From the human T2T-CHM13v2.0 reference genome, Homo sapiens: a stretch of DNA of 64,000 nt. Below the pieces are notes generated by a model. The model made no database searches, had not been told where the DNA came from, and saw only the letters and a list, made by a program, of their open reading frames with translations. Below, one piece after another: positions 26,521-42,119 of this stretch. The DNA lies in NCBI RefSeq assembly GCF_009914755.1, contig NC_060932.1; one strand, given 5' to 3'. The position numbers and the translations under genes were made by a program. The number at the start of each line of letters is the position of its first letter. The stretch's first letter is position 1.

Positions 26521-29045
26521 TGATAGAGCCCATCCTTGTTGTTTTTAAATAACCTATTTTGTTCTTCTTTTTGGTTTTTAAAATAATTTTTTATTTGTAA
26601 TTTTTGTGGGTACTTAGGAGGTATATATATTTATGGAGTACCTCAGATGTTTTGATACAGGCATGCATGCAATGTGTAAAAATCACATCATGGAAAATAG
26701 GGTATTCATCGCCTCAAGCATTTATCCTTTGTGTTACAAACAATACAGTTCTACTAGTTAGTTTAAAATGTATAATTAATTGACTATAGTCACCCTGTTG
26801 TGCTATCAAATACTAGGTCTTATTCATTCATTCTATTTTTTGTACCTATTAACCATCCCCATCTCTCCCCAACCCCACCACTACCCTTCCTATCATCTGG
26901 TAACCATCCTTCTACTGTCTGTCTCCATGGGTTCAGTAGTTTTGATTTTCAGGTCCCACTAATAAGTGAGAACATGCAATATTTGTCTTTCTGTGCCTGA
27001 CTTATTTCACTCAACCTAATGACCTCCAGTTCCATCGTGTTGTTGCAAATGACAACCTCATTCTTCTTTTTAATGGCTGAATAGTCCTCCGTTGTGTATA
27101 AGTACCACATTTTCTTTATCTATTTATCTGTTCATGGACACTTAGATTGCTTCCAAATCTTGGCTATTGTGAACAGAGCTGCAACAAACATGGGAGTGCA
27201 GATATCTCTTTGATATACTGATTTCCTTTTGGGTATATGTCCAGCAGTGCGATTGCTGGAGCATATGGTAGCTCTATTTTTAGTATTTTGAGCAACCTCC
27301 AAACTGTTCTCTATAGTAGTTTTACAGATTTACATTCCCACAAACAGTGTACAAGGGTTCCCTTTGCTTCACATCCTTGCCGGCATTTGTTATTGCCCAA
27401 GTTTTGGATGTAAGGCGTTTTAACTGGGATCAGATGATATCTCACTGTAGTTTTGATTTGCATTTCTCTGATCAATGGTATTGAGCACCTTTTCATATGT
27501 CTGACTGCCGTTTGTAAATATTCTTTTAAGGAAGGTATTCAGATCTTTTGCCCATTTTAAAATAGGATTATTAGACGTTTTTCCTATAGAGTTGTTTGAG
27601 CTCCCCCTATATGCTGGTTATTGATCCCTTGTCAGAGTTTGCAAATATTTTCTCCCATTCTGTGGGTTTTCTATTAACTTTGTTGATTGCTTCCTTTGCT
27701 GTACAGAAGGTTTTTAACTTGATGTGATCCCATTTGTCCATTTTTGCTCTGTTTGCCTGTGTTTGTGGGGTATTACTCAAGAAATCTTTGCTTGGAGCAA
27801 TGTCCTGGAGATTTTCCCCAATGTTTACTTGTAGTAGTTTTGTACGCTGAGGTGTTAGATGCGAGTCTTTAATAAATTTTGATTTCATTTTTGTATACGG
27901 TGAGAGATAGGGGTCTAGTTTCATTCTTCCACACATAGATATCCAGTTTTCCCAGTACCACTTATTGAAGAGACTGTGCTTTCTTCAGTGTATGCTTTTG
28001 GCTCCTTTGCCAAAAATGAGTTCACTGTAGGTGTGTGGATTTTTTTCTGGGTTCTCTATTCTGTTCCATTGGTCTGTGTGTCTGTTTTTATGCCAGTACC
28101 ATGCTGCTTTGTTTACTATAGCTCTGTAGTCAGCTATAATTTGAAGTCAGGTTATGTGATTCCTCTAGTTTTGTTCTTTTTTGCTTAGGATAGCTTTGGC
28201 TATTCTGGGACTTCTGTGGTTCTGTGTAAATTGTAGGATTTTTTTTTTCTATTTCTGTGAAGAATGTCCTTGGTATTTTGATAAGGGATTACATTGAATC
28301 TATAGATTGCTATGGGTAGTATGGACATTTTAACAATATTCTTTCAATCCATGAATATGGAATATCTCCATTTTTTGTGTGTCCTTCAATTTCTTTTATC
28401 AGCATTTTACAGTCTTTATTATAAAGATCTCTCACTTCCTTGGTTAATTTCTAGGTATTGAATTTTATGTGTGGCTTTTCATTTCTTTTTCGGATTACTC
28501 ACTGTTGGCATATAGAAATGCTATGGATTTTTGTATGGTGATTTTTGTATCCTGCAACTTTACTAAATTTGTTTCTAATAGTTCTAATAGTTTTTCATGG
28601 AGTCTTTAGATTTTTCCAAATATAAGATATCATCTGCAAACAAGGATAACTTGACTTCTTCCTTTCCTATCTGGATGCCCCTTATATCTTTCTCTTATCT
28701 GATTGCTCTAGCTAGGATTTCTTGTACTATGTTGAATAACAGTGGGCATCCTTGTTGTGTTCCACATCTTAGAGGAAAGGCTTTCAGTTTATCCTTATTC
28801 AGTACAATACTAGCTGTAGGTCTGTCATATATAGCTTTTATTATGTTGATATGTGTTCTTTACCCAGTTTTTTGAGGGTTATCATGATCTGATGTTAAAT
28901 TTGATCAAATGCTTTTTCAGCATGAATTGAAATGATCATATGGGTTTTGTCCTTAATTCTATTGATAAGATGTATCACATTGATTTGCATACATTGAACC
29001 ATCCTTGCATCCCAGGGATAAATCCCACTTGATCATGATAAATGA

Positions 29046-29690
<645 letters not shown>

Positions 29691-32600
29691 GGGTTTGCTA
29701 ATACTTTGTTGAGGATTTTTGCATCAATATTCACCTGAGATACTGGCCTGTAGTTATCTTTTTTTGGTGTGGCTTTGTCTGGTTTTGGTATCAGAGTAAT
29801 AGTGGCCTCATAGAATGAGTTTGGAAGTATTCTCTCCTTCTCTTTTTTTTGGAATAGCTTGAGTAGGATTAATTCTTCTTTAAACATTTGCTAGAAATCA
29901 GCAGTGAATCAACTGGGTCCCAGGCTTTTCTTTACTGGGAGACTTTTTATTACAGCTTCAGTCTCATTCCTTGTTATTGGTCTGTTCAGGTTTTGTTTGT
30001 CGTCTTGTTTCAATCATGGTAGGTTGTATGTGTCTAGGAATTTGTCCATTTCTTCTAGATTTTCCAATTTATTGGCATATAGTTGCTTACAGTAGCCACT
30101 GATGATCCTTTGAATTTCTGTGGTACCAATTGTCTCTGATTTTATTTGGATTTTTTCTTTTTTTTTTCTTAGTCTGGCTAAAGATTTGTCTACTTTGTTT
30201 AACTTTTCAAAACCCCAACTTTATGTTTCATTTATTTCTTTTGGGATTTTATTATTTGTTTTTCTACTAATTTTGGGTTTGGTTTGCTCTTTTCTAGTCC
30301 TTTAAGATACATCACTAGATTGTTTATTTGAAGTTTTTCCCTGTTTTGATATATAGCCACTTACAGATTTAAACTTTCCTCTTAGTACTGCTTTTGCTGT
30401 ATCCCATAGGTTTTGGTATGTTGTGTTTCCATTATCGTCTGTTTCAAGAAATTTTTCAATTTTTGTAATTTTTTCATTGACCCACTGGTCATTTGAGAGC
30501 ATATTGTTTAATTTCTTTGTAGTTTCAAAAATTCCTCATTATTAATTTTTAGTTTTATTCCATTGTGGTCAGAGATGCTTGATATTATTTCAGTTTTTGA
30601 ATGTTTTAAGACTTGTTTTGTGACCTAACATATGGCCTGTCCTTGAGAATGATCCATATGGTGAGGAAAAGAATGTGTATTCTGTAGCTCTTGGATGAAA
30701 TATTCTATAAATATGTATTAGATCCATTTATTCTATTGTGCAGATTAAGTCTGATGTTTCTTTATTGGTTTTTTCTCTGTTAAATCTGTCCAGTGCTGAA
30801 AGTGGGGTGTTGAACTCTCAACTATGATTATATTGGGACCTATCCCTTTAGCTCTAATAATATTCTCTTTATATATCTGGGTTTTCCAGTATTGGGTGCA
30901 TATATTTTGAAAAGTGTTATATTCTCTTGCTGAAGGGACCCCTTTATGATTATATAGTGACCTTCTTTGCCCCTTCTTGTAGTTTTTTAGAAATCTATTT
31001 TGTCGATATAGGTATAGCCACTCCTGCTCTTTATTGGTTTTCATTGGCATGGAATATCTTTTTCCATCTCTTTATTTTCAGTCTATTTTTGTCTTTATAG
31101 GTCAAGTGTGTTTCTGGTAGGCAAAGGATTAATGGGCCTTGATTTTTCACCCAATCAGCCACTCTATCTTTTGATTGAAGAGTTTCAATTGAAGAATTTG
31201 ATTGAAGAGATTCAATGTTGTTATTGATAAGTAAGCACCTACTCTTGCCATTTTGCTATTTGTTTTCTGGTTGTTCTGTCGTCTTCTTTCCTTCCTGCCT
31301 GCGTTTAGTGAAGGTGATTTTCTCTGGTTATATGATTTAGTTTCTTGCTTTTTATTTTTTGTGTATCCATTGTTTCTTGGGTTGAGGTTACTGTGAGGTT
31401 TGCAAATACTATCTTATAACCCATTATTTAAAGCTGATAACAACATTGTTTGCATAAACAAAAAGAAGACTAATAAAGACTCTGCACCTTAATTTTTTTT
31501 TACTATTTATATTTTATTGTACTTTGTTTTCAAAAGTTGTAATAGTTACTTTTTATTGGTTCATTGTTTGGTATTTCTACTTAAAGAGTAGTTTACACAC
31601 CACAGTTATAGTGTTATAATACTCCGGTTTTTCTGTAATTAACATTACCAGTGAGTTTTGTACCTTCAGATGATTTCTTATTGCTCATTAATGTTCTTTA
31701 CTTTCTGATTGACATACTCCCTTTAGCATTTCTTGTAGGGCAGGTCTGGTATTGATGAAATCCCTCAGCTTTTGTTTGTCTGGGAAAGTCTTTATATCTG
31801 CTTCGTGTTTGAAGGATAACTTTGCTGGATATACTATTCCAGGGTAAAGGTTTTTTTTTCCCTTCAGCACTTTAAATATGTCATACCACTCTCTCGTGGC
31901 CTGTAAGGTTTCTACTGAGAGGTCTGCTGCCAGATGTATTGGAGCTCCATTGTATGTTACTTGTATCTTTTCTCTTGCTGCTTTTAGGATCTTTTCTTTA
32001 TCTTTGGCCTTTGGGAGTTTTATTATTAAATAAAATAATACAACTTGAGGTAACTTTCTTTGGGTTAAATCTGTTTGGTGTCCTATAACCTTTTTGTACT
32101 TGGATATTAGTATCATTTTCTAGGTTTGGAAAGTTCTCTGTTATTATCCCTTTGAATGTGCTTTCTACCCCATCTGTACCTCCTCTTTAAGGCCAATAAC
32201 TCTGCCCCTCTGAGGCTGTATTCTAGATCCCTAGATCCCTCGTAGGTGTGCTTCACTGTTTACTCAGTTTTCTTTGGTCTCTTCTATTTTCAAATAACCT
32301 GTCTTCAAGCTCACTAATTCTTTCTCCTGCTTAATTCTCCTATTAAAAAACTCTTCAGTATGCCAGTTGCTTTCTTCAACTCCAGAATTTCTGCTTGATT
32401 TTTGATGATTTCAATCACTGTTAAATTTATCTGATAGAATTCTGAATTCCCTCTCTCTTATCCTGCATTTCTTTGAGTTTTCTCAAAACAGCTTTTCTGA
32501 ATTCTCTGTTTGAAGGGTCACATATCTCTCTTTATCCAGCTTGGGTCCCTATGCCTTATTTAGTTTATGTTTTCCTGAATTGTCTTGACACTTGTAGATG

Positions 32601-33251
32601 TTCATCTGTGTCTGAGCATTGAAGAATTAGGTATTTATTATAGTCTTCTCAGTCTGAGCTTGTTTGTACCCATACTTCTTGGGAAGGCTTTCCGTATATT
32701 CTAAAGCACTTAGGTGTTATAATCTAAGCTGCATCTGCTTTAGTGGGGGGACCTCGAGCCTGGTAACACTGCAGTTCTTGCAGACTCATAGAGGTACCAT
32801 CTTGATGGTTTTGGACAATATCCAGAAGACTTCTCTGAATTTTCAGGCAGAGATTCTTGTTCTCTTCCCTTGCTCTCTTTTCTGAGCCACCTGGAACTGT
32901 GGGTAGAGTGGCACAAGCACCCCTGTGACCACCACCAGATCTTGCCCAAGGCCTGATATAACCACTTCCTGGCTACCACATACATTCACTGAAAGCCCTG
33001 GGCTTCTGCAATCAGCAGGTGGCAAAGCCAGCCAGGTTTGTGTCCTTCATTTCAGGGCAGCAAGTTCCCCCAGGCCCTGGAAAGGTGCAGAAGTGCTGTC
33101 TAGGAGCCAGGGACTAGAGGCAAAAACCTCAGAAGTCTACTTGGTGTTCTGTTGTACTGCAGAGAAGCTGGCACTTAAACCACAAGACGGTCCTTCCTAC
33201 TCTTCCCTCCCCTTTCTAAAGGCAGAGGAGCCTCCCCCCTTGACACCTCCA

Positions 33252-33286
<35 letters not shown>
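33252..33286. repeat. (CA)n microsatellite
   Basis: Pure CA run in the L1 5'UTR. Confidence 0.95.
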
Positions 33287-33292
<6 letters not shown>

Positions 33293-35699
33293 TGCCAGAC
33301 TACTTCTGATGTTCCCTTAAGCCCCAAGGGCTGTTCAGTCAGCTTGTGGTAAATGCTGCCTGGTCTGGGACACAGCCTTCAGGGGGAGCGGATTCCCTTC
33401 TGGCTCAGGGAAAGTCCAGAAATGCCATCCAAGAGCCAAGTCTCAGAATTGGGGACCTCAAGGGTCTGCTTGGTGCTCTACCCTCCTGTGGATGCGCTGG
33501 TACCTAAGGTGTGAGACAAAGTACCCTTTACTTTTACCTCTGCTTTGCTCAAGCAGGAAACTTGCCCCATAGCCACCACAGCTGGGAATGTGCTGAGCCT
33601 CATCTGAAGCCAGCAAGTCTCAGAGTGTCACCCAAGGCCCTCATTGTAGAACCTGGCCATCACTGCTAGTTATTCAGGACTCAAGGCTCTTTAGTTAGTT
33701 AGCAAGTGATGAATGCTGCCAGGAATGGGTCCTTTCATTCAAGGCAGCGGGCTCCCTTCTGGTCTAGGATGTGTTTAGAAATGTCTTCTGAGAGCTAGGG
33801 CCTGGAATGGGGACCTCATGACTCTGACCGGTGTCCTATCCTGCTATGGCTGAGCTGGTATCCAAGATGTAAGACAAAGTCCTTCTCACTCTTCCATCTC
33901 TTCTTCTCAAGTGGAAGGAAGGGATCTCTTTTGGAGCTGTGCTCTGTGCAGCCTGGGGTAAGGGGAGAGGTGATACTAGTACTCCCTTAGCTGCCCCTGC
34001 TGGTGTCTCAGTATGTCACATGCTCCTCCAGTCCACACTAGGACTCATCTAGGTGTTGCAGTCCTTGTGGCCTAGAATGCCTTTCAAGTTTATTTAGAGC
34101 CCCAGAGCACTTTAGCTTATCATAGCAAGGCTTGTGGGAATTCAGGATCTGACCACGATCCTTAGCAATTCCTCTTTGGGTGGGACTGGTTTAAATGCTC
34201 CCTCTATGGGTGAGTATTAGCTGAATTTGGTCTGGTTTTGCTTTCTGCTATAACAAGGGAGCACTGAGTTCAGTATCTCACAATTGCTGCCCTTCCTCTT
34301 CCCCAGGGCACAGAAACACTCTCCACTGCGGCCAAGGATTGCAGGAGAGGTGGCATCAGTGATTCAAGACTTCTTTTCCTACCTCTTCAGTGTTTCTTTC
34401 AGTGATCTGAAGTTAAAGCCAGGTACCATAAGTGCTCACCTGATTTTTGCTGCTTACAAAGGTGCTTTTTTGGTGTGGATTGTTGTTACATTGGTGTCCT
34501 TGCAACAGGGGACAATTGTTGTAGCCTTCTATTCTGCCATCTTGCTCCACCCCTTTTATTTTGTCCTTTTCATACATAGAAGAGAACTTCCTGCCAAAGG
34601 AGACAACCCAAAGCCCCATCCATTGACTATTTTAAGCTCAAAATCTGAGATCCTTGGTTCATGCATAACCCTTTCCTTCAGGTCTGAATATGACCTTATG
34701 TTTTCATGGCTTAAGAACAGGTAGCTATATGTGTCATATGCACATACCCACTATACAACAATGAAGCCTTGCCAGGGTAGCCTCAGTAAAAGCTCCCATT
34801 CTGAAAAGGGAAGAATAAAAGAGACACAGCATCCACTGGTTAATAGCAGATTTAAAATACAGTGGACACACATGGGGAAAGCCTCCTCTACTGTGGAGTA
34901 CAGAAAATTTCTGGATTAGATCCTGATTCTGCCCTTTGATAGTTTTCTCTTTAGTTTTTACCTTTGACTTCTAGAATGTTTTACTGTAATCATTTGATTT
35001 CTATGGCTACATCTGAAATGGCCATGGGGAATATGTCTTTTTTTTTTTTCCCTGAGGCTTCCCAGGTCTCAACCTGATTTGAGTTGATAAAGCTTGTAGT
35101 TGCCATCCCAGCCCATTTCCTGACTTTTTTTCTCATTTTATGGGAATGAGAGAGATATACTTTTATGAGTTTTATGCTACTGCTATTTAAAACTGCAGTT
35201 ACAAACAGGTAAACCTAATGCAAACAAAATTAAATGTTTTCTGTTTGTTTGAGTTCATTTTTGTCTCATATTCTTTTCTTACAAAGTCCAGCTTTTGATA
35301 TTGTTTTTGTTGTATTATATTTTCTTCATATACCTTGTTTCATTTTAAAATTTTTAATGCCAGTCTTTTAACTAGTAAGTTTAAACATTCACATTTATTG
35401 GAATAACTGTTGCATTTGGATTTTGCATCATATCTAGCATATTCTATGTATCCCCATTTTTCTACTCGTTTACCTCTTCTTTGCCTATCTCCCACTGCTA
35501 ATCTGAACAGGACTGACTGAGATAAAAGCTGTGTCTCTGTCACTTCCATCAAAGGTCCTGGTCCATTCCCCTACAGTGACAAAAGATATTTCTCCCTCTC
35601 CTACTGGAGACACCCAATATCTCTTCTCCTTGTGAAAAGATTCCCTTCTTTTCTTTGCCTCACACCCTTTTGGCCTATCTTTTATTCCATCTATTGCTG

Positions 35700-36156
35700 C
35701 TGTAACCAGCTGCACACAGTAGTAATTTGGCAACAACTCACCTCATCTCCACTGCATAGCAAGTCTTCCCCGCCTTGGTGCTTTCATAAAACCAGGCAAG
35801 AGTTTATATGCACAGCTTGGGAAAGACGAGAGGCTTCTAAGTTCATGAGGCAACACCTAGCCCATGGGAGATACAAGTGCAGGTATAAATACCCCCACTT
35901 CTGTGCTTCAAGAGAAAATGATGGGTACATTCTATATGGCTCTTCTTAAGGGTCAATAGAAGTGAACTCTAGGTGCCCACAGCAAGAAAACATCTCGTAT
36001 CAACTTTTTCTCCTTGCCTATTTCATTCTCCTAAGTCCTCCGCTCCTGTTACATGGAATCACTTCAAACAAACCAAAAAAAAAACAGAAACTACTGACTC
36101 ATAAGCCCTTGTTTTAAGTGCTGCTCTGCTTTCAAGGGAGAACCCAAGCTAAGACA
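35700..36156 (+). mobile_element. ERVL LTR (LTR16-like)
   Basis: 3' end CTCTGCTTTCAAGGGAGAACCCAAGCTAAGACA. Confidence 0.55.
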
Positions 36157-36439
36157 ACATTCTTCATGTGAAATAACCTTCCAATCTTTACCTACCTTAA
36201 TGAGGTTGTCTAGATATATTACATTTTTAAAGTATAATTCTTTCTTTAACTCTCAGAATCAAATGTAATACTCCAGGTTTCATTTTACCAGAAACACAAT
36301 AGGATGCAACTTTTGTTTCTTGTAGTTTGGACACAACTTTGCTACTTTGTCAGCTATTAAAATTTACCTTAACATTCCCCAATATTTTTTAGAAGCTTCA
36401 AAATAAAATCTACCTCATCCTTTGCCTTTTTGTAATATA

Positions 36440-37500
36440 AGCCTTTTATTTTAGAATAGCTTATATTTATGTAAAATTGTGCTGGTAGTAAAGAGTTTTT
36501 ACGTTAGCATACTACATTTATTGCAATGAGTGAATCAATAGTGCATGTTATTAACTAAAGTTCACACCCTACTTCGATGTCCTTGTTGTGTTCCAGAATC
36601 CCAAACAGGATACCATGTTATATTTAGTTGTAACGTCTCAGACTCCTCTGGCTATGACAGTTTCTCTTTGTTTTTGATAATCTTGAATGTTTGGAGAAGT
36701 ATAGATAAAGTATTTTGTAGAATATCCCTCTATTGGGATTTGTCTGATGTTTTTCTCATGATTATATTGGGGTATGGATTTTAGGGAAGAAGAACACAGA
36801 AGTAAAGTACCTGCTATGGTTTGAATGTGTCCCACAAACGTTCATGTTGGGAACTTACTCCTCAATGCAACAGTGATGGGAGGTGGGGCCTAATAAAAGG
36901 TAATTGGTTCATGAGAATTCTGCCCTTATGAATTAATATCATTATCATGGGAGTGGATGGTGAGAGTAGGTTATTATATAGCAAGTAGGGCCTCTTGTGC
37001 CTGTTTCTCATGCTCTCTTCCACCTTCTGCCTTTCCCCATGGGATAACTCTCACAAGGTGCTGGTTCCACACTCCTGGTTTTCCTACTTTCCAGAACCCT
37101 GAGCCAAATAAACTTCTACTTTTAATAACCTGTTATAGCAATAGAGAATGGACTATGACAGTGCCATTCTCAGCTCATCATGTCAGGATACATACTAAGA
37201 TTCTTATACTATATACTCTTTGGAAGAAAGTCACTGTGCATAGCTTGACTGAGGAGTTATGATACGCTTTTTGAGGGTGGAGTATCTACGTAAATGATTT
37301 GGGATTCTTCAATACAGGAGATTTCCCTTCTCTCTAGTTATTAATTAATTCAACCATTTATTTATAGCAGTATGAACTCATATATTTTATACATTAGGTT
37401 ATAATCCAGCATTTATATTGTTGCTCAAATTTGTCCAGCTTTGGCCATTGGGAGCTCTTCCAGTTAGCTCCAGGTCTTTTTGACATATCCCCTTCCTAAT
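36440..37500 (-). mobile_element. Old L1M (L1MC/MD-like) 3' fragment with nested MST LTR
   Basis: TTTTGTAGAATATCCCTCTATTGGGATTTGTCTGATGTTTTTCTCATGATT. Confidence 0.7.
36812..37160 (+). mobile_element. MST-type MaLR solo LTR
   Basis: TGCTATGGTTTGAATGTGTCCC...GACTATGACA; TSD GTACC/GTGCC. Confidence 0.85.
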
Positions 37501-40500
37501 AGTTTGAATTTTTTACTTTCTCATTATTATAACCAACTACTTCTTAACAGGAAAAGCCTATATTTCATATTAAGTTCTGTTCTCTTGGCTTTAGTTCATT
37601 ATTCTAATATGCTGAAATGATTTGACTCTTCTTTCAATTTTTATTTATCTTTCCACATTTTGGTTCATCAGCAAATTTGATGTATCCTCTGTGTTTATAT
37701 AAATACTCTAAACAAGACAGAAGCCCTGCGGTCTTCTGCTAAATACCCCCACCCTCTATCTCCCCTCCAGCCTGATCCTGAAGACTTAATTAGAACTTGT
37801 ATGGTACCTTATTCACTCAGATAAAAGTGAATATTATCTTCTAGCTCACATTTTATCCTCTTATCCACAAGAACAAAAAAGAACAGGAAGTCTAATGGGA
37901 AAGTTTCATGTGGAGAATAATAATTATGAGGTAGTTCACTGTTCAGAAGTGAAAGGAGAATGTAGTTTAGTGGGAGGAGAGGCTCTGGAATTTTATCATT
38001 TTAAGGAAGGAAGCAGTTATCAGATTTGGAGGGCAAAACATACAGAATGAAAGATGAATTGAAGTAACCTCCAGTTCTCCACACAGACTGTGTGACATCG
38101 AACCAGAAGAGAAAGGGCACAAAAACGTTTCAGGGTCACATTAGTTTCCATGGTGGTAAGAAGGAGGAGTAGAAGAAAAGAATCATGCTTGGAAGTGGCA
38201 GATAACAAGAACACTGACCAGAGTAGATAGACGCATGTGTGTGCAGTTTAAAAATAAGTGAATACTGCCAGGCCTTCACATCCAAAAACCTCCAGTGACT
38301 TCAATTTTAGCTTCTACTTAACATGTTTTCTGATGCTTCTGAAGTAGCCACTGCATGGAGAGAAACAGTGCTTCTAAAAAGCAAACCCGTGCTCCTGGCT
38401 TAGACAGTCCATTGTTAAGAAGAAAGTGAGTTTGGGGGAATGCTTCTCAGAGAAAAGCCAACAAATTGAATTTGTAGCCTGAGATGATTCCAGAATAATT
38501 TCTGAGAATACATATTCAACCCTGATCATTTTTCAAGTGTGTTCCTTCAGTGCTGCCAACCATAGAACACCTATTACTTGCAAGACCTTGTGTTTGTCTT
38601 AATTCTCCTAACAACCCAATGGGATAGGTGTGATTATTTTCACTTACCAATATGGAACTGAGTGTCAGAAAGGTGCCTCATGTCTGGTGACAGCAGCAAG
38701 AACACTCAGGTTGTTCTGGGATTATGGCAGTTCTCTGGCTACCTCAAAGATGTTGAACAACTATTAACATAGGATGGAACACTTTGTCTCAGCAATGGGG
38801 GTATTTACCTCTCTGAATACAGAAAAATATAAAAATGAAATTTTGGACTTCATAACTCAGTTTCACTTCAGATATATTAGGTTTTGACAAAGTGGCTTTT
38901 TACTTTTATTGCTACCTGTGAATCTGACTCCATCATACTTTGTTATGCAGCTGAGCTTTTAGAAGTCATCGCTAGGTAAATATGTTATTCAGAGTCACAA
39001 TCTTTTACCTGACCCCTCAAAAAAAAATTCCAACCTGGAACTTTTATCAAAAGAAGTGAGTTCAGAGGAGAGTGATACTAATTCCTGAAGCTGAGACTTA
39101 AAATTAACTGTTTTGCCAAAGGCAAGGTACATTTATTTAATCTTGAGCAGGCCAGAAAACTCCAAGTTCATTCTCCAGGCAGTATTTTTCTTCCTTTTTG
39201 CTCCTGCTTCCTCCATAAGCTATACTTATATCCTCACAGGTCTAGGTGATATTTCAATCTTTCATCAATAGCAGGCTGATTTATGGTTATTGAAAAAAGT
39301 TCATAGGCAGCGTATAACATCAGACCTTATTCCCAGTAAATTTTCTCAGAGGAAATTTTGTGTGTTGTTCCTCCTTGCACCTGCCAGAAAATATTTACCT
39401 GATCCGTAAAACTTTGAGGTCCTGACTGATTAACATGCTGGTAGAAACCTTGAGGAAATCACTGTTCCTGAAAGTTTTCATTAGCACATTCTTCTTGGAA
39501 GATAGCATTCTTCGGCCTGCAGTCTGATTATTCTCCAGTCTCAGCAGTCTCCTGGCATGGGGCCACTGTAAACTGGAACATCTTTTGTTTTCTCAACCTC
39601 AGTGAAAGTTGATGGGTTTAATTGTTATTACTTCTCTTAGAGAATGATCATATTTATTGACCGTTGATGCAGCTATGTATCCAACGCAATGATCTCAGGA
39701 CAATTCTTTTAATCTATGCTAGCCTGTTAGCATAGCGCTCTTGAGTCCTAAATGATGACATCATAAATTCACCTTTCAAAGCAAGAATATGAAGGAAGGC
39801 AAAAAAGATATTAGGGATCTTGGAAATGTTAGTACAAACTAAATTAGACTCTCTAAGTATGAGAACAGGGGGCATTCATCTCTCCAGTCACCTCAGTTAT
39901 ATGTATGTCTCACCGTCTGAACACTGTTTAGAAATAAAGAAGAAATGTGAATATTGAAGCTCCTAACCCAAATAATGCCTGAAGTTAAGCGCTTGGGAAT
40001 CTCTTCAGTAGTCCTTGGGCAGACCCAAGCTCTTCTACCTCTCTGAGGGGATTTGAGTAATTGGTTCCATTAAAAGCTGGAACCAATGATGATCAGCATT
40101 TTTCTGGTTCATGGTGCATGGTGTTATGTTTGGAGTCCTGTTCCTTGTCATCATCGTATTGCAGTGCAGAAGCCTAGCTATTGGTGGTTTGATTAGATTC
40201 AGCAATATTGTCCTGGAAGGTCCCGGAAGGATTTAAAACCAACTTCTAGAATTTGGAAATACGGATCCTGGTTTATTTCTCTCCTCCTTTATCGTCTGTA
40301 ACTCACAATACTCCTTTTAAAATTCACTCCATTGTCCATAGCCCTAGGAAGATAATATCTTCTTTTTGTGCCTTTTTTAAGAGCTATCTTATGTTTATCA
40401 TTGGTCAAAAGTTGCACCCTGTGATAATCTGACTACTGGGAAGAAACCCAGGACGTTTTTTAGCCTTTTGTAAGAAACTTGAGATCCTTGTCCCATGGTG

Positions 40501-41199
40501 AAGAACATGGGAATGGGGATGGGGACCAGAGTAGGGATTCCAAAGGAAGGGGATTCTCTTGCCCAGATTGCAGGGTCATAGATCTAGTAAGGAAGACTGT
40601 ATCTCCTCCAGAGATTAGAAAAATCCGTTAGCCCTGAATTTCTCATTAACTAGGATATGTTTGTGTTCCGAGCTGGATAATGAACATGAACACACATACA
40701 TCTGTCTGCTTTGGTGAACTTTTACAAGAAAGAAGATTAGTGTTCTACTAGTCTGTAAGTCTGGGCTTCTACTGTTGGACTGGGTATGAAATCAAGGTTT
40801 AGTATGTGCCATGTAGAAGTCTGAACCCCCAGTGGCTACTATCAACTGCTGCATGTCTTCAGAAAGGAGAGAGATATGGCAAGGGTGAGAAGCAAACACT
40901 AAGATAGCATCTTGACATTGTACAGCAATAGATGTCATTGCTAGGTTTTCCGGAACTTTTTTTTTAATAGGAAAGATAGGCATTTCACAGGTAGAAGAAA
41001 ATGTCAATAAACACATTGAGTCAGGTTATTGAATTTTCAGAAACATGAAAATAGGCTGTTCATACAAAGGTACAAATTTGTGAATAACTTTCACTTTTAT
41101 AGCCATATACATTTCCATATTGTCAATTTGGCTTTGTTATTTCCAAAAAATAAAGTTGGCCTATTTTTTTAAAATTTTCAAAGGACAGCCCCATTTTCA

Positions 41200-42108
41200 T
41201 GTCTTAAAATAAGGATTATAGATTCACAGGAAATTGCAAAAATACTAGACATTCTTTAGCAAAGTCTGGAGCTAAAGCTGGCTCAAAGTGGTCAAGTTAT
41301 AATGAAATCTTCTGGGCTTCCTTATGTACCTTTCACCCAATTTCCCCCAATGGTAACCTAAGTTATGTTACATAAGATTATAGCAAAACCAGAAAACTGA
41401 CAGTGACACAATTCTCGTACTGTGTTCAGATCTTACCGTTTTTACCTGTACTCACTTGTGTGTGTGGGCACACCTGTCTATAGTTTTATGCACTTTTGTC
41501 ATGTATAGATTCATAGCCACCACTACAAGATAGAGAACTAGTCCATCATGACATATCTCTCGTGTTACCTTTTATAGTCACATGTATCTCCCTCTACCCA
41601 TCTCTAATCTGTACTTCAATCTCTATAATCTTGTCATTTTGAGAATATTATGTAAATAGAATCATATAACCTTTTGAGATTGCTTTTCTTCACTCACAAT
41701 TGCCTTGAGGTCTATTCAAGCTGTAGTTTTTCTTTTTTATTGCTGAACAGTATTCCGTGGTATGGGTATACCAGTTTGTGTAACCATTCATCCATTGAAG
41801 GACATCTGGGTTCCCCCCAACCCCCAGTTTTTGGCTATTGCAAATCAAGCTGCTGTAAACGTTTGTAAATAGGTGTTGGTGTAGAGATGAGTTTTCATTT
41901 CCTTGAGATGAATACCCAGGCGTGTAATTGCTGGATCATATGGTTGGTGTATGTTTAATTTTTTAAGAAACTGCCAAATATTTTCTAGAGTAGTTTCACA
42001 GTTCTACATTCTCACCAGGGGTGTATACGGGATCCTCTTTCTCTGCATCCTTGCCAACATTCGGTACTATCACTATTTTTCATTTTAGCTGCTTTAATGG
42101 TTAAATAG
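41200..42108 (-). mobile_element. Old L1M (L1MB/MC-like) fragment
   Basis: TAGATTCACAGGAAATTGCAAAA...TTTAAGAAACTGCCAAA. Confidence 0.75.
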
Positions 42109-42119
42109 TCATCCTCACT

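Noticed and set aside
33300-33900. Imperfect ~350 bp duplication
   Set aside because: Lies within the L1 5'UTR, where internal repeats are expected.
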